Assembly: GCA_965140705.1 (NCBI GenBank)
Contig: OZ223300.1
Coordinates: forward strand, 160,001 to 224,000
Origin: an uncultured Arcobacter sp.
GTDB taxonomy: Bacteria > Campylobacterota > Campylobacteria > Campylobacterales > Arcobacteraceae
Length of the DNA: 64,000 nt
Direction: 5' to 3'
A program made the translations under genes and the position numbers. Under the pieces are notes generated by a model that saw only the letters and a list, made by a program, of their open reading frames with translations, was not told where the DNA came from and searched no databases. Shown piece by piece: positions 19,934-28,673 of this stretch; positions within the stretch are counted from its first letter, which is position 1; every line of letters starts with the position of its first letter.

Positions 19934-19949
19934 TGCAAATAGTGTTCCA
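19934..19949 (-). promoter_or_regulatory. Sigma-54 promoter of the nifX...rpoN operon
   Basis: TGGAACACTATTTGCA. Confidence 0.85.
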
Positions 19950-19956
19950 CAAAAAA

Positions 19957-20259
19957 TTAAGTAGTTTTTTTACTTCTAATTAGTGCCAGAAAATCTATAA
20001 GGTCACTTAGGAAAAATGCCCTATTTGTGAGCTCTGCAAAGTAAACATTTGTAAAAGTATTTTGAGATGTAAATGATTTTGCGCTTTGTACAAACTCTTT
20101 TGGTAATTGATTATTTATAGGAAGTGGTTTTATTAGTTCATCACAAACTTCTTCAAAAAGAAATAAAATTTCAGCAGGTTTTTCTTCACACAACATATAA
20201 ATATCACTTCTATAAAGATCATATTTTTTATATAGTTGATGATAAGTCTCTTTACTCAT
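19957..20259 (-). CDS. Hypothetical protein
   Basis: 100-aa ORF overlapping the upstream stop (ATGA). Confidence 0.65.
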   Translation of the reverse strand: MSKETYHQLYKKYDLYRSDIYMLCEEKPAEILFLFEEVCDELIKPLPINNQLPKEFVQSAKSFTSQNTFTNVYFAELTNRAFFLSDLIDFLALIRSKKTT

Positions 20260-21503
20260 TTTCCTACCGCCATTAAATATAAGATATTGTTTGAAGTGAT
20301 TAAAGTATTTTGTATTTCATCATCAAAATAAGCTCCAATTCCAGTGGAGTTTATTTGTAGATTTGTTGCCCTTAAAGCAATAATATGAGCTAAAAAACCA
20401 CTAAGTATAAGAGCTAAAGAGTAATTTGATCTTATTTTTGATGTGAAAAATATAGTAGCACTTGAAGTCCCTCCTATTTTTTGATTAAAGGCTAAATTTG
20501 TTGATATCTCACTAAAATCACCCTCTTTCTGTAGTTTAAACTCTTTATAAATCCCTTTTTTTAGAGTATTTATTAGGTGATTTATAAAATATATTTCTAT
20601 ATGATATTTTTTTGCAAAAGTAATAATACCTTGCATAATAGTTTCAAAATCTTCTTTATTGATAGGTTCTTGTTTAAATGCCCTTACTGATCTTCTTTTA
20701 TCAATAGCATTTTGTAGATTTTCTTTTGATAACTCTTTTAAAAAGTCTATTTTCAATTTATCAAAGTTTTTATGATAAGAGTGTGAATAAAACTCTTCAA
20801 TAAAAGGCTCTTTTATATAATAATCGCAAGGGTTCACAAAAGGAATATTCTCCCTTAGTCTGTTTGTTTCTATATTTTTATATTCACTTGAATAAATAGA
20901 GGCTACAAAATGTTCATAATTATCAAAAGAGAAGGCTTTATTTAACTGTTTCTTTTTAAACTTAAAATTAAAAAGATGTTCCATATCTTCTAATACAAGT
21001 GACGCATAAATAGAACCTAACTGGTGACCAGTATCAAGTAATAGATACCTTATAGCCCTTTTATCATATTTCCATGAACTTCTAAAATAAACATTACTAA
21101 GCAAGAAGATAAATTTTTGTTGTTGGATATTCATATAACTTTCTAAGCCATCATTCGTTAATTCATGGATTAAAGTTAAAGAATCTTCAAGTGGTTCATA
21201 GTGGTAAATGCCATTTAAAATCTTTTTTGTACCTCTTATTTGGATATAAATTTCACAAGGATAAAGTCCACCAGCACTTGGATTTACCCTTAATTTTATC
21301 TCATCATTACCATATCTTTTTGAATAGGTGATTTTCCCAAAGTTTTTTATAAACTTTAACTCTTCATAATCATCAAGTTTAAAGCGTCTATAAAATTTTG
21401 GATAGTTTTTATATGCTCTTGCTTGGGTTTGCCAATTTATAAATTGGGTTTGGGTAAAGGCATTTTTTTTTGTAATGTCTGTTTGATTATGAAACTCTTG
21501 CAT
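20256..21503 (-). CDS. SagB/ThcOx-type nitroreductase-family protein
   Basis: RVNPSAGGLYP, YHYEP, WKY..RA.RY..LDTGH, RRSVRAF, GIGAYFDD. Confidence 0.8.
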   Translation of the reverse strand: MQEFHNQTDITKKNAFTQTQFINWQTQARAYKNYPKFYRRFKLDDYEELKFIKNFGKITYSKRYGNDEIKLRVNPSAGGLYPCEIYIQIRGTKKILNGIYHYEPLEDSLTLIHELTNDGLESYMNIQQQKFIFLLSNVYFRSSWKYDKRAIRYLLLDTGHQLGSIYASLVLEDMEHLFNFKFKKKQLNKAFSFDNYEHFVASIYSSEYKNIETNRLRENIPFVNPCDYYIKEPFIEEFYSHSYHKNFDKLKIDFLKELSKENLQNAIDKRRSVRAFKQEPINKEDFETIMQGIITFAKKYHIEIYFINHLINTLKKGIYKEFKLQKEGDFSEISTNLAFNQKIGGTSSATIFFTSKIRSNYSLALILSGFLAHIIALRATNLQINSTGIGAYFDDEIQNTLITSNNILYLMAVGK

Positions 21504-21939
21504 TTCTTAACATTTTTACGATTTTTGGAGTAACTGCTAAATCAATAGCCTTAAATCCATCAAGATTTTCATAAGAGCTATTAGCTCCTTTTTCTAAAAG
21601 TAATTGTACAAAATCTTCTTTTCCAGCACTTGCACAATACATTAAAGCTGTCACATCATTTACATTTTTTGAGTCTATCTCAATACCAGCATTTACAAGA
21701 AGTTCAAAGCATTCGTATGAAGAAGCAAAACAGGCATTCCAAAGCGCAGAATTCCCATCTACATTTTTCATGTTTAAATCAACATCTAAGCTTAATAGCT
21801 CACTTACAAGTTTAGCTTCTCCTTCTCTTGCTGCTTTCATCACAGCAGAGTTTCCATACTTACCCGCTTTATTTAAGTCATTTTCATCATAATCATTAGT
21901 TTTTAACCATAATTTTAATTCACTAGATAAAGTTTTCAT
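21487..21939 (-). CDS. Ankyrin repeat protein
   Basis: GNSAVMKAA, GNSALWNAC, VTALMYCA repeats. Confidence 0.9.
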   Translation of the reverse strand: MKTLSSELKLWLKTNDYDENDLNKAGKYGNSAVMKAAREGEAKLVSELLSLDVDLNMKNVDGNSALWNACFASSYECFELLVNAGIEIDSKNVNDVTALMYCASAGKEDFVQLLLEKGANSSYENLDGFKAIDLAVTPKIVKMLRNARVS

Positions 21940-22457
21940 ACACTCATCCAGTTTTCGTGGGTATGCCCTTTTACTTTTGTGTTGATAACTTCCTCTAAGG
22001 CTGTTTCAAACTCATCTAAGTCTAGTTTATATTCAGCATTTGAAGGTATCTCTTTGTATCTTATTACACCTTCTTTATCTATAATAAATACTGATTTTGC
22101 AATCAAACTTTCATTTAAATTTACTCCAAATTTTAAAGAGAATTTATTAAAGTCATTTGAGAGCATACTTTCATCTATCCCAAATACAGAAGCAACTTTT
22201 TTTATATCACTAATAGGGCTATTTGTTATAATATAAACTAAAATTTTTGATTCAAATTTTTTTAAAATGTCATGTAACCCATTGTTATAATCTTTTATAT
22301 TAGGTGAGGTAAGCATTACTTGAATTTTAGGTGCCATCATACCAATAACTTTTGATTCCCCATCCAACATTTCAACCCTAACAGCTGGTGCTTCTGAGTC
22401 AACTTTTCTCTCTCTTTGCTTTAATATATAAAACTCTTTTTTGTATTTTACTTCCAT
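21936..22457 (-). CDS. Tpx/redoxin-fold protein with no cysteine
   Basis: KVDSEAP...F..KFGV...AKSVFIIDKEGVIRYKEI resembles thiol peroxidase; zero Cys. Confidence 0.65.
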   Translation of the reverse strand: MEVKYKKEFYILKQRERKVDSEAPAVRVEMLDGESKVIGMMAPKIQVMLTSPNIKDYNNGLHDILKKFESKILVYIITNSPISDIKKVASVFGIDESMLSNDFNKFSLKFGVNLNESLIAKSVFIIDKEGVIRYKEIPSNAEYKLDLDEFETALEEVINTKVKGHTHENWMSV

Positions 22458-22835
22458 TTATAAAATTTCCTTATGTGTTATTTGACAATTTGTATCAATT
22501 ATCATTAAAGACTTTTTTAATTGATTTTTTTCATCCTTTATACTAAAGGTTTTTGAGAACTCTTTGTATTCCCTTGAGATTAAACTCTCTTTCAATTTAT
22601 ACTCTTTTATTATCTCTTCACATTCATCAATACTACTCATTGTGATAACAAAAGTTTCAGCTCTATTTTTAAAAAAGCTTATTGCATCATTTAATTGTTC
22701 ATTAAAGTTTTTAATATCAGGCAAAGAAATTACAACTTGTATTTTCTCTTTTGGAATTCCCAATAATCTTGTGCTTCCATTTATCATCTCTAAGCCTAAT
22801 GCTTTTACTATTGGTCTTTGTAAATTAATGCCCAT
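22458..22835 (-). CDS. Degenerate redoxin-fold paralog
   Basis: Shares LEM..G....G....KIQV and KS..IID....I..KEI with 21936-22457. Confidence 0.55.
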   Translation of the reverse strand: MGINLQRPIVKALGLEMINGSTRLLGIPKEKIQVVISLPDIKNFNEQLNDAISFFKNRAETFVITMSSIDECEEIIKEYKLKESLISREYKEFSKTFSIKDEKNQLKKSLMIIDTNCQITHKEIL

Positions 22836-24120
22836 GAAATGCCCCTTGATTATGATGGTTTATTAGGTTTGCTAACTCAAAAAGTAAGTAAGTGCTTCCT
22901 TCATATAAAACATCATTTTTTAGTTGATTACCAACTCCTTCAAAATCAGGGAAACCTCTTAACATAAGAGCTTTTTTATGTCTCATTGTGTATCTCTCCC
23001 CATGAAAGTTTGATATTAATATGTCACTTTCTTTTAGATATTTTTCAACATCTTCAAAATCACCAATTATTATATTTTCACACTCTATATTATCTAGTAA
23101 ATCATTTTTGTGGGTAGTTACTATGGCCTTTATATTTGCCCCTGCTTCAATAATAGTATTTGCAATACTTATACATTGATCAGGTTCAAGGGCCAATACA
23201 ACAGAAGCACTTCCAATTGCAAAGTGAGAATCAAGCATAGCATCTTGCAATCTTTTTCTCCATCTAACAATACTTGGATGAGGAGTTGAGATATTTTTGA
23301 TTTGGCAAAGGGCTTTGAAAAATTTATCACCATCTTCTAAGCCACCTAAAGAATCAAAATGTAGTAATTTCATATTTTCATTTTTTGCTTTTAATTTATC
23401 TCCAGCTTTTTTTACACTACTTCCTATACTAATAGCTAGTGAACAAGTTCCTAATTTCTCTATATCTTCTACGGTTATTCCTCCACTACTTAAAGCGCCT
23501 TGTTTTAATCCTAAGTGACCATCTAATGAATCACTTAAATCAGGAAGAGATAAAACCTCATAACCAAATAATGCTATTGTGTCTTTGATTTTTTCTATCT
23601 CTATTGGTTTTAGATTTACATTTGGAATAATTACTGCTTTATTCACATCAACTTCACTTGCATTTGCAACAAGTTGCTCAATGATTGCTTCAATAGATTT
23701 TGCAAAACCACTTTCAATAGAACCTTCAAAATCAGGAGTATTTACATAGACCATTTTTTGTTGGTCTTGGACAAGTAAACAAGCTCCTTTTATATCATCC
23801 CCTTTTGTCTCCGTAAGACCTGTTGTAAAAAGACCTACAAGATCAGGTTGCACTTTTTTAGTGATATTTTTAATTGATTCAGAAATCGCATAATCTCCTC
23901 CATCAATTACAGCTGTTATATCATTTACAGCTGTTGTTTGAACGGCTATTGGATCATTGAAATGTCTTGTAAAAAACACCTTTGAGAATGAAGCACAACC
24001 TTGCGCTCCATGCATAAGTGGCATACAGTTTTTTATTCCTAAAAAACAAAGCATCGCTCCCATAGGTTGAGATAGTTTGATAGGGTTTAATTGTAGAGGT
24101 TTTGCACTTATACTTTCCAT
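22825..24120 (-). CDS. nifN: FeMo-co scaffold NifN
   Basis: NPIKLSQPMGA, HGAQGC, TTGLTETKGDD. Confidence 0.93.
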   Translation of the reverse strand: MESISAKPLQLNPIKLSQPMGAMLCFLGIKNCMPLMHGAQGCASFSKVFFTRHFNDPIAVQTTAVNDITAVIDGGDYAISESIKNITKKVQPDLVGLFTTGLTETKGDDIKGACLLVQDQQKMVYVNTPDFEGSIESGFAKSIEAIIEQLVANASEVDVNKAVIIPNVNLKPIEIEKIKDTIALFGYEVLSLPDLSDSLDGHLGLKQGALSSGGITVEDIEKLGTCSLAISIGSSVKKAGDKLKAKNENMKLLHFDSLGGLEDGDKFFKALCQIKNISTPHPSIVRWRKRLQDAMLDSHFAIGSASVVLALEPDQCISIANTIIEAGANIKAIVTTHKNDLLDNIECENIIIGDFEDVEKYLKESDILISNFHGERYTMRHKKALMLRGFPDFEGVGNQLKNDVLYEGSTYLLFELANLINHHNQGAFHGH

Positions 24121-24149
24121 GATATTTCCTATATTATTTTCAGTATATA

Positions 24150-24165
24150 TGCAAATAGTGTTCCT
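24150..24165 (-). promoter_or_regulatory. Sigma-54 promoter of nifN operon
   Basis: AGGAACACTATTTGCA. Confidence 0.8.
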
Positions 24166-24256
24166 AAAATTAAAATAACAAAATAATCTTTAAAATAATT
24201 ATCTTAATCTAATTTTAAGGTAAGTGCTCTTATAATTTTGTAATTAAGGAGTAACT

Positions 24257-24679
24257 ATGTCTGGAATTGATGATGTTGTGAATAGTTTTAATGTTGGTTT
24301 TTTTCAAACAATTAATACTAACAAAAATCCAATTGATTTAAATATTCCAGAAAACTCTCAATTTGGTGATTTTAGTAAAAAACTTAAAGTTATAAGCTCT
24401 GAAGCTACTTATCGTCCTCCTGAAACTGTCTATCTTGATGGATTTGATGGTTCTGATCCAAAAAATCCCATACCTATAAAAATTCCACTTACAGGTTATT
24501 TCCAACATCCTTTTTTGGATAAGGATGGAAATTGGGATGAGGAAGCAGAATATAAATCTTATGCAGAAAAAGAATTGGAGTATAAAAAAGGAGTAGTAGC
24601 TAACTGGATGGAAGAGCGAGGTTATGATTTGCAAAAAAATGCTGAGCTAATGAAAGCTTTATTGGAAAAAGAAGGATAA
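24257..24679 (+). CDS. Hypothetical protein
   Basis: AAGGAG RBS and upstream TATAAT; no recognisable family. Confidence 0.7.
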   Translation: MSGIDDVVNSFNVGFFQTINTNKNPIDLNIPENSQFGDFSKKLKVISSEATYRPPETVYLDGFDGSDPKNPIPIKIPLTGYFQHPFLDKDGNWDEEAEYKSYAEKELEYKKGVVANWMEERGYDLQKNAELMKALLEKEG

Positions 24680-24685
24680 TTATTT

Positions 24686-25708
24686 TTATCCTTCTTTAAC
24701 ACTTGACATAAGTAGGGATATCCACTTAGTAGTTTTATTTGAATCAAAGGCAATTTTTAATGTCATTGTAATAGGAACTGCTAAAAACATCCCTACTATT
24801 CCCAATACCCAACCCCATAAAATCAATGAGAAAAATATAACTAAAGGAGAAAGACCAAGCTCCTTTCCCATAAATTTTGGTTCAATAATATTACTTATAG
24901 AAATATTTATTGCAAGATATAATACTATTAATATTAAAGTAGTATTTAAATCACTTGTTAAAAAAGATAAAAGTATTGCTGGAATTGCTGCAATAATAGA
25001 CCCTACTACTGGAATAAAATTAAATAACATTGCAATTACACCCCAAAGTATAGGGTAGCTAATATCAAAAAAGATTAAAGTTATAGCTACTAAAAATCCT
25101 GTTAAAAAACTAGTTGCTGTTTTTACTAAAAAATATTTTTGTATATTGTTTGAAAAAAGTTTGAAATGCTCTATTTTATCACTCTCTTTTCTAAAAAGTA
25201 TTTTTAACTTTTTTTCAAAAGATTTTGATTCTGCGAGAATAAATCCTATACCAATGATAATAAGTAAAAATTTAGATAAAAATGTACCAATACTTCCAAT
25301 TAGGTTTGTAGTAATTCCAAAAAATGAGTTTAGATTTAAAGCATCTAAAATAGTTTTTTTATCAATTGAGTAGCCATAGTTTTCTGCTAATGAAATAATA
25401 TTTACAATAGTTTGTTGTAATTTCTCTTCATAAGTTGGAAGATTTGTTATAAAGTCTTTTAAAGAGATATTTACAATGTAAGCTAAAAGTAATGAAATAA
25501 GTGTAAAAAACCCAAGTACTAATAAATAAGAGATGAGTTTAGGAATATGTCTTTTATCTAAGATTTTTATTAAAGTTGATATTATAGATGAGATAAAGAT
25601 TGCTAAAAATAATACAATTACAATTTCACTGGCTATTTTTACTCCGGCAATAATAACTACTATACAAGCCAAATAAAAAAAATAGTTCCTTATTTTTTCT
25701 TCATCCAT
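24686..25708 (-). CDS. AI-2E family transporter
   Basis: NFIPVVGS, IEPKFMG..LGLSP, GMFLAVP. Confidence 0.88.
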   Translation of the reverse strand: MDEEKIRNYFFYLACIVVIIAGVKIASEIVIVLFLAIFISSIISTLIKILDKRHIPKLISYLLVLGFFTLISLLLAYIVNISLKDFITNLPTYEEKLQQTIVNIISLAENYGYSIDKKTILDALNLNSFFGITTNLIGSIGTFLSKFLLIIIGIGFILAESKSFEKKLKILFRKESDKIEHFKLFSNNIQKYFLVKTATSFLTGFLVAITLIFFDISYPILWGVIAMLFNFIPVVGSIIAAIPAILLSFLTSDLNTTLILIVLYLAINISISNIIEPKFMGKELGLSPLVIFFSLILWGWVLGIVGMFLAVPITMTLKIAFDSNKTTKWISLLMSSVKEG

Positions 25709-25775
25709 ATTTTCCCTTTATTTTATAAAAGTAATTATAACGGCTTTTCATAAAATTTGGAAATTAATACTATTT

Positions 25776-26693
25776 TTAAACATATAAAGAGAAGTCTTTA
25801 TTAGATGAAGTATTGAGTTTTTCAAGTAAAGTATTAAAATCAAGTAAATCTTCTTTATCTTTTTGAGTTAATTTTTCTTTATTTTTTAAAGATTCTTTTA
25901 CTACTTCTTTTAATTTATTATAGTTTTGTTTTATTTCTTCATTTGAAAGTAGTTTTAACTCTTTAATTGAACTATTAGAGTAATTTTTTTTGGATGTTTC
26001 TTCTTTCTTTTCATTAGTAGTATCCATAAAGTTTATATCAGAACCTTTTACATAAGTATTTCCTATATATATTCCAAAAGTTAAAGAATCAGCTATTTGG
26101 GGATCTTTATTTTTATCATTATAAACTACTTCAATATTATTTGTTGTTGTTTCACTATGTAGTATTGCCACAAAAGGATTTTTTATTTGTTGAATTTCAT
26201 CAAAAAGTGTTTTATTATAGGATTCATTGTCTAAATAATCTATTTTTTCTAGTTGCTTTTTGAATGCCATTAAATTAAGATTTTCATCATCTAAATTCTT
26301 ATTTTTATTCATAAAGTCTTTTCCTAAGTTTATTAGTATTTCTGAGCGTTTATCAATATCAAAAGCAGAAACATCTTTTAGGGCTTCTTTATTTTTTTCA
26401 TTTTGAAATCTTTGCATCTCTTCATGACTAGAAGAACTATTCTTTAGTCTACTTTCAATGATTTCTTTTAGTTCTTTATAGTTTTCTTTCACTTCTTTAT
26501 AGGAGAGATTTCGTAAATCAGTGGCACTATAAGTTGAATAGTCACCTTCGGTTTTTTGAGTAAAAGCTGTGATTTTAGTTTGACTTTCTTTATGAATCTT
26601 AATTGAGTCATTATTTATACTTTTTGGCTCTTTATCTTTAAAAAAGCTATTGATTGAAGGAAATAGTAATTTTTGGCTTGAATTAATGTTCAT
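25776..26693 (-). CDS. Hypothetical protein with an internal repeat
   Basis: 305-aa ORF with AGGAG RBS. Confidence 0.7.
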   Translation of the reverse strand: MNINSSQKLLFPSINSFFKDKEPKSINNDSIKIHKESQTKITAFTQKTEGDYSTYSATDLRNLSYKEVKENYKELKEIIESRLKNSSSSHEEMQRFQNEKNKEALKDVSAFDIDKRSEILINLGKDFMNKNKNLDDENLNLMAFKKQLEKIDYLDNESYNKTLFDEIQQIKNPFVAILHSETTTNNIEVVYNDKNKDPQIADSLTFGIYIGNTYVKGSDINFMDTTNEKKEETSKKNYSNSSIKELKLLSNEEIKQNYNKLKEVVKESLKNKEKLTQKDKEDLLDFNTLLEKLNTSSNKDFSLYV

Positions 26694-26776
26694 AATAGAC
26701 TCCTAAAAATTACTTTATTATAATAAACCAATTCTTAGTCTTAGATTATAAAAATACTATAACTCTTCATTCATTT

Positions 26777-28123
26777 TTAGTTTATAGTCCAAGGTTCAGG
26801 ACTTCCAACTACTTTAAATACCTTGTTATTAACTGCATTAGAGACATCTTTTGCTAAGTTTATAAGTCCACTATATGCTCCATAACTTACTTTTTTCTCT
26901 TGATTTACATCCACAAAGGCTACTTTTTTCTTAATAGCTGTATATAAACTTCGTCCACCTGCTAATAAAATATCAATATTATGTTCATCTATTAGTTTCG
27001 CTTGTTCAGTTCCTGGATCATTCATAAGTATTTTTACATATGTTGCACAAATCTCTTTATCTTCTAAGGTTGCTTTTTTTACACTTGTTGCAACCACATC
27101 TATACCTATATCTTGTAAGGCAGATGCTATAGACCAGGTTTTATTCCCTCCTGTATTTAAAATAGCTTTTTTACCTTCAAGTATTTTTCTATATGGAATT
27201 AGTGCTTTTTCAAGTTTTGTCTCTTCCTCTTCTATAACTTCTTTTGCTCTTTTGATAAGTTTTTCATCTCCAAAGGCATTTACTATACTCATAATTGCAT
27301 TTGTTGTATCACGTTTTCCATAAAATGAGATACTTATATATGGTATATTGTATCTCTCTTGCATTTTTCTTGTTAGAGAGATAAGTGATTTAGCACAAAC
27401 TATTACATTAAGTTTTGCCCTATGTGCCATTTGAATATTTTCTATTCTTCCATCACCTGCTAGGGTTGAAACTACTTTTATCCCTATTTTTTCCAAAATT
27501 GGAGTGTATTGCCACATGTCACCAGTAACATTGTATTCACCAATTAAATTTATTCCGAAAGGGTGAATCTCTTCTGGTTCTTTTGTTCCTATAAGTTGGT
27601 GTAAAACTGATTCTCCTCCAAGTCTTGATCCTAAGTTTTTACCTCCAACAAACCCAGGAGAGTGAATAACAACTATAGGAATACCATGTTTCTCTTCCAT
27701 CCTATTACAAGTATTATCCATGTCATCACCAATCATAGCTGTAACACAAGTTTCATAGACAAAAATTCCCTTTGGATTTTTATTTTCAACTATATAATTA
27801 ATGGCATCTTCTAGTTTTTTATCTCCACCAAAGATTACATCATTTGTATTTACATCTGTTGTATAACCAGTGATTGTATTATTCTCCCCCTCATGTGAAG
27901 TTAGAGTTTGTCTAGTCTCCCATGAAGCTCCTATACAAGTAGCAGGAGAATGAACAAGATGCACAACATCAGCATAAGGAAAAAGTGCGATTTGAGCCCC
28001 TTCAAAAGCACATCCCCCACTAGTAGCACCTGGTTTTGGTTTATCACAAGATGATTTTTTTTCTTTATTGTGAGAACATGCACTTTCACTTAATAACTCT
28101 TGAATTAGTTTTTTATTTACCAT
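26777..28123 (-). CDS. nifE: FeMo-co scaffold NifE
   Basis: GGCAFEGA, HSPATC, YETCV, NVIVCAKS, YSG. Confidence 0.93.
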   Translation of the reverse strand: MVNKKLIQELLSESACSHNKEKKSSCDKPKPGATSGGCAFEGAQIALFPYADVVHLVHSPATCIGASWETRQTLTSHEGENNTITGYTTDVNTNDVIFGGDKKLEDAINYIVENKNPKGIFVYETCVTAMIGDDMDNTCNRMEEKHGIPIVVIHSPGFVGGKNLGSRLGGESVLHQLIGTKEPEEIHPFGINLIGEYNVTGDMWQYTPILEKIGIKVVSTLAGDGRIENIQMAHRAKLNVIVCAKSLISLTRKMQERYNIPYISISFYGKRDTTNAIMSIVNAFGDEKLIKRAKEVIEEEETKLEKALIPYRKILEGKKAILNTGGNKTWSIASALQDIGIDVVATSVKKATLEDKEICATYVKILMNDPGTEQAKLIDEHNIDILLAGGRSLYTAIKKKVAFVDVNQEKKVSYGAYSGLINLAKDVSNAVNNKVFKVVGSPEPWTIN

Positions 28124-28129
28124 TTTAGT

Positions 28130-28183
28130 TCCTTTGTTATCTACTTTTATAGGAAAACTCTAAAGAGGATAATTTCTTACCCT
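28130..28183 (-). ncRNA. Partial copy of the nif RNA motif in the nifE leader
   Basis: AGGGUAA-gaaa-UUAUCCU followed by CUUUAG-AG-UUUU. Confidence 0.4.
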
Positions 28184-28202
28184 GACATTTAATTATTATA
28201 GA

Positions 28203-28218
28203 TGCAATAAGCGTTCCT
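28203..28218 (-). promoter_or_regulatory. Sigma-54 promoter of nifE
   Basis: AGGAACGCTTATTGCA. Confidence 0.8.
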
Positions 28219-28228
28219 TTTTTTATTG

Positions 28229-28244
28229 TGGAATGGATTTTGCA
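28229..28244 (+). promoter_or_regulatory. Sigma-54 promoter of the 28277-31238 operon
   Basis: TGGAATGGATTTTGCA. Confidence 0.75.
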
Positions 28245-28276
28245 TGGTAAAAATATAATGATTTAAAGGATTTAAA

Positions 28277-28663
28277 ATGATTGCTATACCCTTAAGTAAA
28301 GAAGACTCAACGGTAATTTCTGATTTATATGGAAATGCTCCATATTTCGCCCTATTAGATTTAAGTTCTGGGTATTTTAATGTAAAAGAAAATGTTGGCT
28401 GTGGCAATGGGCTTGAAACAGCAAAATGTGTAGAAGATTTAGGTGCAAAAAGTACGATTTTTTATCATATGGGAGAAGGTGTCTTTAATCATCTAACTGA
28501 AAATAAAGTAAAAGTTTATAGTGCGGCAAAAACTTACTTAACAATAGAAGATATATATAGAAATATTTTAAACAAGTCATGTAAAGTTGTTACAAAAGAG
28601 AATTGTGAGAGTTTATTGGACTCTGGAACAACATCTTGCTCATGTGAGTGTGATAAAAACTAA
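28277..28663 (+). CDS. NifB/NifX-family FeMo-cofactor-binding protein
   Basis: IAIP...YGNAPYF...MGEG; Cys-rich tail. Confidence 0.7.
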   Translation: MIAIPLSKEDSTVISDLYGNAPYFALLDLSSGYFNVKENVGCGNGLETAKCVEDLGAKSTIFYHMGEGVFNHLTENKVKVYSAAKTYLTIEDIYRNILNKSCKVVTKENCESLLDSGTTSCSCECDKN

Positions 28664-28673
28664 TCGAGTAAAT

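Noticed and set aside
28189..28407. 72-aa minus-strand ORF
   Set aside because: Antisense to the NifX-family gene and spans two sigma-54 promoters
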